The position numbers and the translations under genes are program-made. A stretch of 64,000 nucleotides of DNA from Candidatus Bathyarchaeota archaeon (lineage in GTDB: Archaea > Thermoproteota > Bathyarchaeia > Bathyarchaeales > Bathycorpusculaceae): assembly GCA_963811105.1 (NCBI GenBank), contig CAWEPZ010000011.1, forward strand, positions 448,001 through 512,000, read 5' to 3'. Under the pieces are notes generated by a model. That model did not search any database, was not told the DNA's origin, and saw only the letters and a list, made by a program, of their open reading frames with translations. Within the stretch, counting starts at the first letter, position 1. Each line of letters begins with the position of its first letter. This document shows positions 9,731-20,862 of this stretch, piece after piece.

Positions 9731-10350
9731 GAAAATTCCCAATGCTAAAAAAGGATCAACACTTAATTTTCAACTCAACACGAGCTAAATTGGTATCTCA
9801 ACAACAAACAAATTGAATATATACAAATTCAATTTCGTTTACTTATTTCTCGATTAGCCTACATTCTTGTTTTTGAGATTTAACATTTTATTAGCAAGTT
9901 GACGGCTGTTTTTATGCAAAAAACCAATTCTTTATTTTATTATTCCATACTTGAATCGCTCTTTTGAAAGCCTTATGCTTCTCAGGTGCGTCGGGTGATT
10001 GTTTCACAAAAGCGCAGATATCAATAATTTTACGGAACTCTTGACAAAGCCACTGAAAACCCATTCATGTCCATAACTTAGCCGAACAAAGGGTTTGGCA
10101 CAAATGTGGGCTTTGGTTATATGCCCGTCAATCCTCGCCAAAATGAGTACACCACTCGCAAGTGGGAACCCCCTAATTTATTGGCTTGCGGTTGACACCC
10201 CAAGAGGGGAACAAACAGCAACCCATTATTAGGAAAACGGTAACTGTATCCCGATTGTGCAAACTGTCCTATGATCTTCTCTGTCAACGAAAATTGAGTA
10301 AATATTATTATATATCGACGGTTCATAACCTCGGATGAGGATAACATATA

Positions 10351-11400
10351 GTGTCGCAAGTTTCGCAAGTGAAAGACGATTTAGAATTGCTAGATTTAAT
10401 GATTTCTGATATGTATGCAGCTCCTGAATTTTACAAGCCTACAAATTATTGGGAATTGTACGAAAAAGTATTCCTATCACAGCTACGTTCTAAAGGATTA
10501 CATGATTTTCGTAGAAACAAGCGAATGAGTGTGCTAAGTTCGTTTGGTGCCACTGACGTAGTAACGCCTTATTCAAGACTAACGGACCAATTTTTAAAAT
10601 CATCAATACTCAGAAAGTTTTCTCGGCTCGTTTCTTTAGTCTATGCAGGCGTTGATCTTCAAGATGTAAGAAAGCTTTGCTACAATTTTGCTAATGTCTA
10701 CGGGGCTAAATGCGGAGCGAAACCGTTAGCAAAGTTAGAAGCTTCGACCGTCGGTAATCCTGAAGACATTTTTACGATTGAAGGTCGCCTCTATACAACT
10801 TCATTGCTTTATTACTATCTTCAGTATGCTTATTGCTGCCAATTCATTAATTTTGATTCTATTCAGTCAGTTATGGAGATCGGAAGCGGTTCTGGGAAAC
10901 AGGTTGAAGTCATAAAAAAGCTTCATCCTCACCTGAGTTTCTATGTTTTTGATATTGCACCGCAATTATATGTTTGTCAGCAATACTTGTCTGCCCTGTT
11001 TTCTGATTCTATAATATCTTATAGACAGACCCGAAAAATGACCACTGCTCCAAAACCGAGTGATAACAAGATTTTCGTTTTTGGAAACTGGAAACTGCCT
11101 GAACTAGCCAACTTCAAATATGACTTGTTCTGGAATAGCGCAAGCTTTCAAGAGATGGAGCCAGACATAGTTCTTAACTACCTTAAGTTCGTAAACAAGC
11201 AAGCGCACTATACTTTCTTACATGAAGCCATGAATGGAAAGGAAGTAGCGGCTGCGAAGGGACAGCATGGCGTTCTTAAACAGACGCGCCTTGAGCATTA
11301 CAAAGAAGGGCTTCTAGACTTTGAACTTAAAGATATGTCTGAGAGCATTTTTCTTCCAAGACAAGAGGGAAACTATTCTCTTTCATTTTGGAAAAAATAA
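10351..11400 (+). CDS. Putative sugar O-methyltransferase
   Basis: P..YW, VGNP, VMEIGSGSG SAM motif, FDIAPQLY, NSASFQEM. Confidence 0.8.
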   Translation: MSQVSQVKDDLELLDLMISDMYAAPEFYKPTNYWELYEKVFLSQLRSKGLHDFRRNKRMSVLSSFGATDVVTPYSRLTDQFLKSSILRKFSRLVSLVYAGVDLQDVRKLCYNFANVYGAKCGAKPLAKLEASTVGNPEDIFTIEGRLYTTSLLYYYLQYAYCCQFINFDSIQSVMEIGSGSGKQVEVIKKLHPHLSFYVFDIAPQLYVCQQYLSALFSDSIISYRQTRKMTTAPKPSDNKIFVFGNWKLPELANFKYDLFWNSASFQEMEPDIVLNYLKFVNKQAHYTFLHEAMNGKEVAAAKGQHGVLKQTRLEHYKEGLLDFELKDMSESIFLPRQEGNYSLSFWKK

Positions 11401-11875
11401 GGTTATGCTCATCGTCCGCCTCATTTATTTTCCAAATTGAAGACAATGACAAATCCTTTCCTACTCAGATATTAATAGTCAACATGATTAGGTTTATTTT
11501 GAAGCACTACTTATCCAGCCGAACAGTAATGCTATCATCCAAACCATCGACGAATTTTGGAGAGTCTATTCGAGCATCCCACCATTTTAAATGTATTTTT
11601 TCTCTCCAGACATTAAAATCACAGCCAACGACTCCACCATTTCCAAGTTTGGGCGACTTATAACATCTTGAATGTCATTTGCCATCTTTTCCAATGCTTC
11701 CAATAATTGAGCAAATCGATTGGTTGCAATCGGAAAAAACGATCTGCCTACTTTTTTATGTAAAATTCATATTTAGAATTAGATGTGGATTGCTTAATGT
11801 TCAATAAGGCTTTAGATTAGTTCATCTTTAAATGATACAACCCAATAATTAATATGGAGAAGGGAGGAGTAACTA

Positions 11876-13429
11876 ATTCCTTTTACATACAAGTGGAAAC
11901 TTGTAGCAATCATAGTAACAGTTGCTATCATCAGCATAGGTATCATACCCCTCTCGTCACATAGCATATCTGTCTTTTTGGCACCTCCAATTTCAATTAA
12001 TGGGACAGCGCAGCAAAATCCAGATAGCACAAACATAACTACCAGCAACAACGACTATGTATCAAATAACTCATCACAAACCATTTTATTACCCACCCCA
12101 AAACCAACCCCCCATTCAGAAACCATAATCCCCACTACCAACAATATAGTTTCGACCACTTACTACATTAATGACAACATAAATATTGTTGAACCCACAC
12201 CACAAGCACCTATATTTCTTAATGAAAGCGAAGGGATACAATCCGCCATTAAGGCTTTAGGCCCCAGTGGCGGAGAAATCACACTTCAATCAGATGCCAA
12301 TATTTTAACTAAAGATGTGCAAATCACCAGCAACATCATCCTTTCAGGCGTCAATCCAAACATAACGCTTCACTTAGAATCCAAACGCCTGAATGTAGCC
12401 AAAAACGCAGAAAACGTAACTATAAGAAACTTAACTATGGATGCTACCAACTTGGGGGATCGCAACGCTTTTGTTGTGTATGCAGGTGCAAAAAACGTCT
12501 CCATTCAAAACCTAACGATAATAAATGACCTTGCAGAAAACAATGCACTACTAACCCAAGGAAACCAAGTTGAAATACAAAATTTGACCTTCATAAATGT
12601 GACAAATTCTCACCCTATTCAAATTGCTGGTTCTCATACCTATGTTAAGAATTGTTACTCAAATGAGCAATCAGCTTATGCCCTTGTAACGGTAGCTGGC
12701 GGAATTACAGATATTCATATAGAAGAAAATGTGGCTGAAAATAGACCACTATTTGACGGCGGTTACACCGCAGCTTCATCAAGTGACATCTGGATTCAGA
12801 ACAATAAACTGATAAATTTTCCTAACCGAACATATGGCATATTAGTTATGGGTGGAACTTCGGAAATTAAAGCGCCTTTCGATAGAGTTTTTGTCTTAGG
12901 TAACAATGTAACTGCGGGAGTTGGAGCCTACAATGGTATTGCCATTTATGGGTTATCTAGTAACATTATTGTTGCTAATAATATGGTTAACCAGGCCTTA
13001 TCAGCACACAACGCAATAGGAGTTGCTTCAGGAATAAACGTTACCGTGACACAAAACACAGTATTCGGATGTATAGAAGGCGCCGAAGGAGGAATAGAAG
13101 TAGAAAGCAACCCAGTCCACAACAGACTTACAGGAATAAGCGAAAACGTCAATGTAACCAATAACGTCGTGTATGGTTCTCAATGGGGAATATACGTTAG
13201 AATAATGGTTCCTGACCATGTTAACTGGGATGGAAACCCACTCAAATCCAAAAATATACTCATAGAAGGAAACACCATTAGCAACTGCACCATCGGCATA
13301 AACCTGCTAGCTGGAGACGGCATAATCGTCAGGAATAATAACATTATAAATGACACTCGACCTCTTATAGTAAGCCAATCCAACGTACTAAATTGCACGA
13401 TTAGTGGCAATTTAGGCTACTCCGGCTAG
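11876..13429 (+). CDS. Membrane-anchored right-handed beta-helix protein, paralogue A
   Basis: GIQSAI..L...GG.I.L entry, N/V/I-rich coils; in-frame TM anchor upstream of the called TTG (11978), with an ATT at 11876 just after TAA. Confidence 0.75.
   Translation: MPFTYKWKLVAIIVTVAIISIGIIPLSSHSISVFLAPPISINGTAQQNPDSTNITTSNNDYVSNNSSQTILLPTPKPTPHSETIIPTTNNIVSTTYYINDNINIVEPTPQAPIFLNESEGIQSAIKALGPSGGEITLQSDANILTKDVQITSNIILSGVNPNITLHLESKRLNVAKNAENVTIRNLTMDATNLGDRNAFVVYAGAKNVSIQNLTIINDLAENNALLTQGNQVEIQNLTFINVTNSHPIQIAGSHTYVKNCYSNEQSAYALVTVAGGITDIHIEENVAENRPLFDGGYTAASSSDIWIQNNKLINFPNRTYGILVMGGTSEIKAPFDRVFVLGNNVTAGVGAYNGIAIYGLSSNIIVANNMVNQALSAHNAIGVASGINVTVTQNTVFGCIEGAEGGIEVESNPVHNRLTGISENVNVTNNVVYGSQWGIYVRIMVPDHVNWDGNPLKSKNILIEGNTISNCTIGINLLAGDGIIVRNNNIINDTRPLIVSQSNVLNCTISGNLGYSG
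13058..13306 (+). repeat. 249-bp near-identical block shared with 16399-16647
   Basis: Direct comparison by eye shows two mismatches. Confidence 0.9.
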
Positions 13430-13813
13430 TACGGGCTTAAGGTATTTTTCTCGATTCCAACTATCCAATGTACAAACATGTCCAACAATGGTATGATTTA
13501 AATCAGCACGGTCTTGAAGTAATTACTACAAAAGCTGCGAAAAAGTCACCTTCGCATCACATTCAAAAAGTATCCTGAGAGACACGGAACTTTTCTAGTA
13601 ACAGGCTCGCTGATAAGACTTGCAATAGAACAAAATTGTCTCATGTTTTTCACCGCTTCATCTCAGGTATCAATTTTCAAAACAAAATACGCGATGAATA
13701 ATACCACATAAAACCATAACTACCATCAAACTATCTTTTTCTCAGAGTTTCATAGGTTTTAGCCTTCTAGAAAAGAGTTGTTACATTAGTAAAAGTCTAA
13801 AATACTAATAAAA

Positions 13814-14932
13814 CTATTTTTGAAAATGGCGGATTTTTATTATTGCCCCAGCACCCACCCCAGACAGCCCAAGGAAGAACAACACTGACACGAGAAGCGG
13901 TGTACCGTTTTTTTCCACGTCGTAAAAGTAGTTACCTGAAACAACAGAGCGTTCAGCGTTGTTTGTAAACGTTATGGGCACTAATTCTTCAGTTAACTCT
14001 TTATTATTAACAATTGAATGCCCTGCCCCAGAGACAATGAAGTTTACTGGCGCGCCATCGAAGAAGTTCCCATCAAAAATGTGTCCTTCACCATAAACTT
14101 CTAATGTGCTTTCTACTTGGCTCGCAAACTTACATCCAGTCCATGTAATGCATTTAATTTGTGTTTGCTCACCATAATACTTGAAGAAATACGGGCTAGT
14201 ACCCTCTGTTCTTTCAAAATATGCGCCTTGGAAAATGGTTCCGCTTACCATGCCATTTGCCCCATTAAAATAGACTTCGCAATCGGTGTTACATTCTATT
14301 TCTGAGCCATAGAACTGGTTCATAGTGCTGTCAGAGTTCCCGCCGCAGATTTCTATGCCCACCCTGTTAAATATAATACTCCCTGCAAAAAAACGTGTTG
14401 TGCCATAATCGCTGCCTATCCAAATTCCAACATCATTTTCGACGATGAAGGGGTTGTAAACGGCGGCGAACAAGCCTTGGCTGATGTTTAAGCCTGTTTC
14501 AAAGTTAGTGATGTAAACATTATAAATGCTCATTCTTCCAGTTGAATCCAAAGTTAAACCACAACTGTGCTCAGCACTCAAGCCTTTGAGTGAAAGGTCT
14601 TTTATGGTGCATGTTGAAATGCCGCGGAAGACTATGCCGCCCTGGACAAAAGACAACGTCGTTGCGGTTTCGCCTTCGCCTGCCACATTAATTTCCTTAC
14701 TTATTACCCATTCGTCATCAAAGAAGAAGGTACCGCTAACGAAGTAGAAAGTGCCTTTTGATATGGCATTGACTTGTTGGTTACATAATTCTAAGAGATT
14801 CTCGTTACCACCGAGTATGCTTCCATTTCTGCCATATGCATAATATGTTGAATCTACCCTTTCGATCGTTACCGTATAAGGGCTAACGTCTGCTTTCGTC
14901 AGGGGCAACAGAGTTACTAACAGAAGGATCAT
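13814..14932 (-). CDS. Beta-helix protein with signal peptide and C-terminal TM anchor
   Basis: LLLVTLLPLTKA-D cleavage-like site; GTFYFVSGTF, INVAGEGETATTL; C-terminal LLVSVLFFLGLSGVGAGAII followed by KIRHFQK. Confidence 0.75.
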   Translation of the reverse strand: MILLLVTLLPLTKADVSPYTVTIERVDSTYYAYGRNGSILGGNENLLELCNQQVNAISKGTFYFVSGTFFFDDEWVISKEINVAGEGETATTLSFVQGGIVFRGISTCTIKDLSLKGLSAEHSCGLTLDSTGRMSIYNVYITNFETGLNISQGLFAAVYNPFIVENDVGIWIGSDYGTTRFFAGSIIFNRVGIEICGGNSDSTMNQFYGSEIECNTDCEVYFNGANGMVSGTIFQGAYFERTEGTSPYFFKYYGEQTQIKCITWTGCKFASQVESTLEVYGEGHIFDGNFFDGAPVNFIVSGAGHSIVNNKELTEELVPITFTNNAERSVVSGNYFYDVEKNGTPLLVSVLFFLGLSGVGAGAIIKIRHFQK

Positions 14933-15189
14933 AACTCCAGCGAACGTTAGAAGGTATTTGAAATTATTTCTTTTGATTGTTTTTCACTTTCCTTTTAGTC
15001 TGTGCCATTTTGTATTAACTTAACAGAAAAAAACAGCCAACGCACCATGTAGGAACTTTTTATGAACGATTCTTCCACACTAACACCTTCAAATATCTTG
15101 TTAATTGCGTCCAGATGCACTCTTAGTAGAGCCCAAAAATAGTATACGGGATTGGTCTATATTTAAATTACACCGAACCTTATATATAA

Positions 15190-16779
15190 TTGAGCGAAGG
15201 AGAGGAAAAGCTGATTCCTTACAAATACAAGTGGAAACTTGTAGCAATCATAGTAACAGTTGCTATCATAAGCATAGGTATCATACACCTCTCGTCACAT
15301 AGCAGATCAGCCTTTTTAGCACCTCCAATTTCAATTAATAGAACAGTGCAGCAAAATCCAGACAGCACAAACATAACAATCAGCAACAACGACTATGTAT
15401 CAAATAACTCATCACAAACCATTTTGTTATCCACCCCAAAACCAACCCCCCATTCAGAAACCATAATCCCCGTTACCAAAAATATAGTTTCGACCACTTA
15501 CTACATTAATGACAATAGAAATATTTTTGAACCCACACCACAAGCACCTATATTTCTTAATGAAAGCGAAGGGATACAAACCGCCATTAAGGCTTTAGGC
15601 CCCAATGGCGGAGAAATCACACTTCCGTCGGACGCTAACATTTCAAGTGCAAATCTGTTAATTACCAGCAACATCATTCTCTCGGGAGTTAATCCAAATG
15701 TAACTCTTTATTTGGATTCTAAGTGTTTGAATGTTGATAAAAATGCATTCAACGTAACCATAAAAGATCTGGTCGTTGATGCTTCTAACTTAGGGAATCG
15801 CAGCGCTCTAATAGTACTTGCTGATGCCCAAAATGTGTCCATTCAAAACATCATTATTCAAAATGACATTTCAGAAAAAGATGCATTATTAACCTCAGGA
15901 AATAATGTCAAAATACAAAATTTGACATTTTCTAATGTACCGAATTCTCATCCAATTCAGATCAATGGATCTCACACTATTGTTAGGAATTGCCGTTCAT
16001 TTGATCAATCAACTTTTCATCTCGTTGGAGTGATGGGTGGTATCAAAGACGTTCATATTGATGGAAATCTGGCCGAAAATAGACCTCTATTTGATGGTGG
16101 ATATACTTTGGCTTCGTCAAGCGACATCTGGATTCAGAACAACATAATGATTAATTTTCCTAACAGAACATATGGCATATTGGTTATGGGTGGAACTCTA
16201 GAGCCTTTCAAGGCACCCTTCGACAAGGTTTTTGTCATAGGTAATAATGTAACAGCGGCGGCTGGAGCTTACAACGCCATTGCAATTTATGGGCTATCAA
16301 GCAACGTTTTAGTCGCCAATAACACTGTCGATCAAACCTTATCAGGACATAACGCAATAGCCGCCGCATCCGGCGTAAACGTTACTATAACTCAAAATAC
16401 AGTATTCGGATGCATAGAAGGCGCCGAAGGAGGAATAGAAGTAGAAAGCAACCCAGTCCACAACAGACTTACAGGAATAAGCGAAAACGTCAATGTAACC
16501 AATAACGTCGTGTATGGTTCTCAATGGGGAATATACGTTAGAATAATGGTTCCTGACCATGTTAACTGGAATGGAAACCCACTCAAATCCAAAAATATAC
16601 TCATAGAAGGAAACACCATTAGCAACTGCACCATCGGCATAAACCTGTTATATGGAGACGGCATCATTGTTAGAGATAATCACCTTATTGATAACACTAT
16701 ATCTTTGGCAGTAGACAAATCCAACGTATTAAATTACACTATTAGCAGCAATGTAATTAACGGCGATTACTTACCTTAA
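15190..16779 (+). CDS. Membrane-anchored right-handed beta-helix protein, paralogue B
   Basis: N-terminal TM, P/T linker, beta-helix coils; clear paralogue of 11876-13429. Confidence 0.82.
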   Translation: MSEGEEKLIPYKYKWKLVAIIVTVAIISIGIIHLSSHSRSAFLAPPISINRTVQQNPDSTNITISNNDYVSNNSSQTILLSTPKPTPHSETIIPVTKNIVSTTYYINDNRNIFEPTPQAPIFLNESEGIQTAIKALGPNGGEITLPSDANISSANLLITSNIILSGVNPNVTLYLDSKCLNVDKNAFNVTIKDLVVDASNLGNRSALIVLADAQNVSIQNIIIQNDISEKDALLTSGNNVKIQNLTFSNVPNSHPIQINGSHTIVRNCRSFDQSTFHLVGVMGGIKDVHIDGNLAENRPLFDGGYTLASSSDIWIQNNIMINFPNRTYGILVMGGTLEPFKAPFDKVFVIGNNVTAAAGAYNAIAIYGLSSNVLVANNTVDQTLSGHNAIAAASGVNVTITQNTVFGCIEGAEGGIEVESNPVHNRLTGISENVNVTNNVVYGSQWGIYVRIMVPDHVNWNGNPLKSKNILIEGNTISNCTIGINLLYGDGIIVRDNHLIDNTISLAVDKSNVLNYTISSNVINGDYLP

Positions 16780-16801
16780 GAACGCATCATGCATCGGATA
16801 A

Positions 16802-18378
16802 TTAGTTTATTTTCAAAATAGACATAATTTTCTCTAATATTGAAATCAACCAACCCAACATTTTGTTAATAGGGCCAAGATCACCTGCAATTTCTCTCAA
16901 ATTCGCAAGATCAACTCTATTCACTGCGTGAGTTAATATCAACAAAGGAAGAAGGAGAAAAATGAAAACCAAAATCCCGAAAAATAAGTTAATTGCACTT
17001 GCAAATCTTAAATTAGAGATAACAAGGAATGTAAAGAAAGCCGCAACCCCACTCGAAAAAAAGATCTTTACTGAAAAATACCAGTCGAGCGACAAACCAT
17101 ACTGCTTCTTTATGAAAAACAGACTAATTATTAAGCTCGGGAGTCCAGCGATCAAAGTAGTAATTATTAGACCAATTAACTCAAATTGAGAGATAAATAA
17201 AAACCCGGCTGAAAAACCGATCGCTACTGTAAGGACGGTCAACTTGAGGTTAAAAGTTGTATGTCCCTGACCATTAATTAGACTAGGTACACTCAAACTC
17301 CCAAAAGCACAATAAAGGTACAGTATTGATGAGAGAGCCAAAAATAGCGGCGGTTGGTTATACCCATTAGCAAAAATCGTTTTAATCGCTGGTTCAGAGA
17401 GAACAATAATCAGAGCCAGTAACAGGTACGACAACCAAGGACGAATATTTGACCGAATATTGAAATACACTTTGAAGAGTTCCAACATCTTTTCTGTAAT
17501 CAATTTTTGAAAAAGCAGGAAATAACATGGTAGATACAGGCATAGCAAAAAAGGTAATCAAGACTACAAAATTTGACGCAACAGAATAATTGCCGATAGC
17601 TGCGTTCTCTGTCACATAAATAGCCATAGCATATGTATAAAATTGAGTCAAGAACACAGATAAAACTACCTATCGACAGTGGAAAACCATACCTAAGCAA
17701 ATACTTAACGGTACCAAAAATCTCCAACTTACTATTCACTTCCCTAGGCGACCTAAGCATTATCCAAGCAAACTCAAACCAATTATTCCTGCCGCCAAAG
17801 TGCCAAGCATAAAACCTCCAACTGCACCCATGTTTCCAGCTCCCAAGGACAACAAAAACAATTATCAAACCAGTTTTGACTAACGCTTGAATTGTAAGCA
17901 TAAAACTATTCAGATACCTCCGCTCCATTCCAGTAAAAATTGCAGTTGCCAAACTTATCAGCGCATGAGTCAAAACAGAAAAAGAAGCAATTTGAATCAA
18001 CGATGTTATTTCAGGTCTACTAAAAGTGCTCGCCAAAAATCCAGAAAGCAAAAAAGAAGTCACAGATAAAATTGAACCAAGCAGAAGCTCAAAAATTAAA
18101 CCCGAGTAGAAAATACTTTTAACCTTATCGTAGGCACCTGCACAATTATATTGAGCAGTATATTTAATCATTGCATTGGTTTATGCCCCAATCTCTAAAA
18201 GCAGCAATCAAGTTAGGCGCAGCAATTGCAATAGTGTAGAGACCATTATTATCAGCACCAACAGAATAGCAATAACAATTGTCCCAATCGTGGATATAAC
18301 TGTAGATAACACTAACCCCCAGAGAAGATGAAAACTTCCTTTTCCAGAAATTTTTGCCATTTCAGTAGCGTTAATCAT
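16802..18378 (-). pseudogene. Wzx-type flippase paralogue broken by at least five frameshifts
   Basis: MINATEMAKISGKGSFHLLWG start; pieces in three frames colinear with 1633-3210; indels near 18260, 18181, 17840, 17765, 17660, 17420. Confidence 0.85.
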
Positions 18379-18473
18379 TTATCATCAGCGGTAGCTCGTA
18401 GACTTTTCGGCTAACTAATTTCTAAACGGTTAAGTTTATCGGTTGAAGTCTATCTATTCGCCCAAACAAAAAG

Positions 18474-20591
18474 TCATTGATTAACACTTTCATTGACTGC
18501 CTTTAAAGCAGAGGAAGCATTAAACTCGAAAAGCCAAGCATTCCCAACTTCTTTAACCAAATTGAAATAAGGAGTTGCAAGAAACTGGGTAGCATTAAAA
18601 GTCCTTCGAACCACAGAATCTAGGGCAAAAGTAGAGGGTATAGAACCAATATACACATATGAAATTTTATTATCTATCAAATACGGAACCGCCCTCAAAT
18701 CAGACGAATTAGCGGTTAACAACTTCATGATAGAACTATAGTTTTCAATTCCATTGTAACCACAAAATGACTGCTTTTCAGTAACAGCCGTCAAATATTG
18801 ACCGCTATCACCTCTTGAGATCAAAATCAGGGCTTGAGAAGAAACATTATATCTAATCCAATTCATCATCAACACATCATCTTGACCGAGGACAGTATAA
18901 TAATTTAGATAATACTCAATTTTATTGTAACTCTGTTGCTGTTCCTCAACAACTGGAACACTTAGAAAAATCACAGTGGATAAAATTAACAATGATAAAA
19001 CTACTGCAAAAAACCTATTTCTGCTAAATTTTTTCTTAACTAAGCTTTCTTTGATGTTGGATAATCGTCTAATTACTAAATAAGAGATATTCACACAAGC
19101 AAAAATGACAATCGTTGTCATGATTGTTACCAAAATAAATATGTGCTGCCAGATTCTCTGTGGATTAAAAAAATCAATTAGAAAATTTATTGGCAGAAAA
19201 AGAGTAATTGCCAAATACGCCATAATTACTAACCAAAAAGAATAAGCCAACAATGAATTAAAGGCAAACCCGCTTGGAAAAAGATTCCGAAGTTTTTTAC
19301 CTAACCATGGAATATAAAATGCAATAAGTAATATTATTGTAAAAGAAGCTAAAGAAAACAATCTACCCATTTCTGAGAAGAAAACTGAAAGGGATGGAAT
19401 ATCAAGTATCCAGTTAAAGCTTGTACGCCCCATTATACTTTCTGCTAAGGAATTTGACGTTGAATTCAATTCAGTAAATTGAATACCAGCTATATTATGG
19501 GCATAAATCGAATAGAAGTACGGTACACTAAATAGCAATGGTACTAAGAAGACGACGACAAAAGCTACGTTCTTCCACTTAAAAAAAGAATAGAACGAAA
19601 CTTCGGAAAAATGATTATGATAAACTATTCTTGAAAACTTTATTATTAGAATCATCGCAAACCACAGAGTCTCTAACAAGAATGCAGTCGGATAGGTTTG
19701 AGAAGAAATAAAAAAGATCAGACCTAACAAGAAAACGTTCAGGTAAGAAAGTTGTTTTGATAACAAAAACTCAAAAATTAAACCCATGCTACTAACCACT
19801 AAATACAAAGACAACAATACAGGCAGTCCACCCCAACTCACAGGGCTCCAAGTAAACACAACGGTGAAAAAAGATGCCAATACCAAGCCCAAGATCGAAA
19901 TTGCTCTATTTTTAAACAGACATCTCAGAGTTGAATAAAAAGCAAGAGCGATAAGGCTTGGCAAAATTACAATAATTAAAATAACAATTTTTTGAATTGA
20001 AACATTGAGCAGAGATACAAAAAAAGCAGAAAGAACATGTGCTCCCGATGGATAATTAAGAGTTAAGTTAGCAAAAGGCAACCCTGAACGCGTCAACAGT
20101 GAGACAGGATTATCCAACACAATCCGCGTCATCAATGTATGATCCGCCCCATCATCAATTGTAGACCCATAAAAACCCGTTATTAACATCGAGGAAAGAA
20201 AAATAGATACAATCAATATTGAAAATACAGCAATAGCATAACCATTTTTTCTAGATAATGATAACGGTTTTTTTAACCAATTCTTTATAACATTAAATTG
20301 AGTGGCAAAGCCAACGAAAGAAAGACAAACAATGAACAAAGTAGAAAACCAAGCCAAATTAAGAAATGCAAACAGATAGTAGAAAAGAAAAACAAAGACG
20401 AAACCAAACAGCACTCTAAAATTAGCTTTTTGGAAAAAATCAAAAGAACCAAATGGATCGCCCATTTTCCTCAAAAAACAAAATAAACGTAGAACACCAA
20501 AACCAACTAAATATAAGATAAAGATACTTAGAATTGAAAATAGAACAGACTCGAATAAGGAAATCTCAGTCCAATCCCACCACATCATCAT
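18474..20591 (-). CDS. Polytopic membrane protein, GT-C-like
   Basis: Many TMs; IDDGADH loop, YPSGAH, C-terminal MNWIRYN...ISYVYIG soluble domain. Confidence 0.65.
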   Translation of the reverse strand: MMMWWDWTEISLFESVLFSILSIFILYLVGFGVLRLFCFLRKMGDPFGSFDFFQKANFRVLFGFVFVFLFYYLFAFLNLAWFSTLFIVCLSFVGFATQFNVIKNWLKKPLSLSRKNGYAIAVFSILIVSIFLSSMLITGFYGSTIDDGADHTLMTRIVLDNPVSLLTRSGLPFANLTLNYPSGAHVLSAFFVSLLNVSIQKIVILIIVILPSLIALAFYSTLRCLFKNRAISILGLVLASFFTVVFTWSPVSWGGLPVLLSLYLVVSSMGLIFEFLLSKQLSYLNVFLLGLIFFISSQTYPTAFLLETLWFAMILIIKFSRIVYHNHFSEVSFYSFFKWKNVAFVVVFLVPLLFSVPYFYSIYAHNIAGIQFTELNSTSNSLAESIMGRTSFNWILDIPSLSVFFSEMGRLFSLASFTIILLIAFYIPWLGKKLRNLFPSGFAFNSLLAYSFWLVIMAYLAITLFLPINFLIDFFNPQRIWQHIFILVTIMTTIVIFACVNISYLVIRRLSNIKESLVKKKFSRNRFFAVVLSLLILSTVIFLSVPVVEEQQQSYNKIEYYLNYYTVLGQDDVLMMNWIRYNVSSQALILISRGDSGQYLTAVTEKQSFCGYNGIENYSSIMKLLTANSSDLRAVPYLIDNKISYVYIGSIPSTFALDSVVRRTFNATQFLATPYFNLVKEVGNAWLFEFNASSALKAVNESVNQ

Positions 20592-20862
20592 TCAACCGTA
20601 AGCCCATTACCTGAACTGACAAAGATAGTGCACAAACGCAATTTAATCAATAGCAATCATCCTTCTAGTATTCTAGTATCGTTAAACATTGTTTGTCTAT
20701 TGAATGAGCAACTTATATATTTAAGCAAAAAAGGGATCTTTTCAGCATTTATTTTCAAAGGACAGATTTTATTTTTTGAACTTGTTTCAAATATGAGAGT
20801 ATTAAATAGATCAGGAACTATTACAAGCGCGCTTACCAAGAGCAGCAATTTCTATTGCTAAT

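Noticed and set aside
11388-11760. ORF 11388-11663 and possible minus-strand gene debris
   Set aside because: No recognisable family or convincing start; cannot be supported
13058-16647. Near-identical repeat pair as a DGR template/variable repeat
   Set aside because: Both copies lie inside paralogous CDSs, the two mismatches are not an adenine-specific pattern, and there is no reverse transcriptase in the window
7952-16779. Provirus
   Set aside because: Tail-fibre-like motifs only; no capsid, portal, terminase, integrase or att repeats, and the proteins carry export signals
20628-20861. Two short opposing ORFs between pseI and the membrane protein
   Set aside because: AT-rich, no motifs; more likely promoter/intergenic sequence
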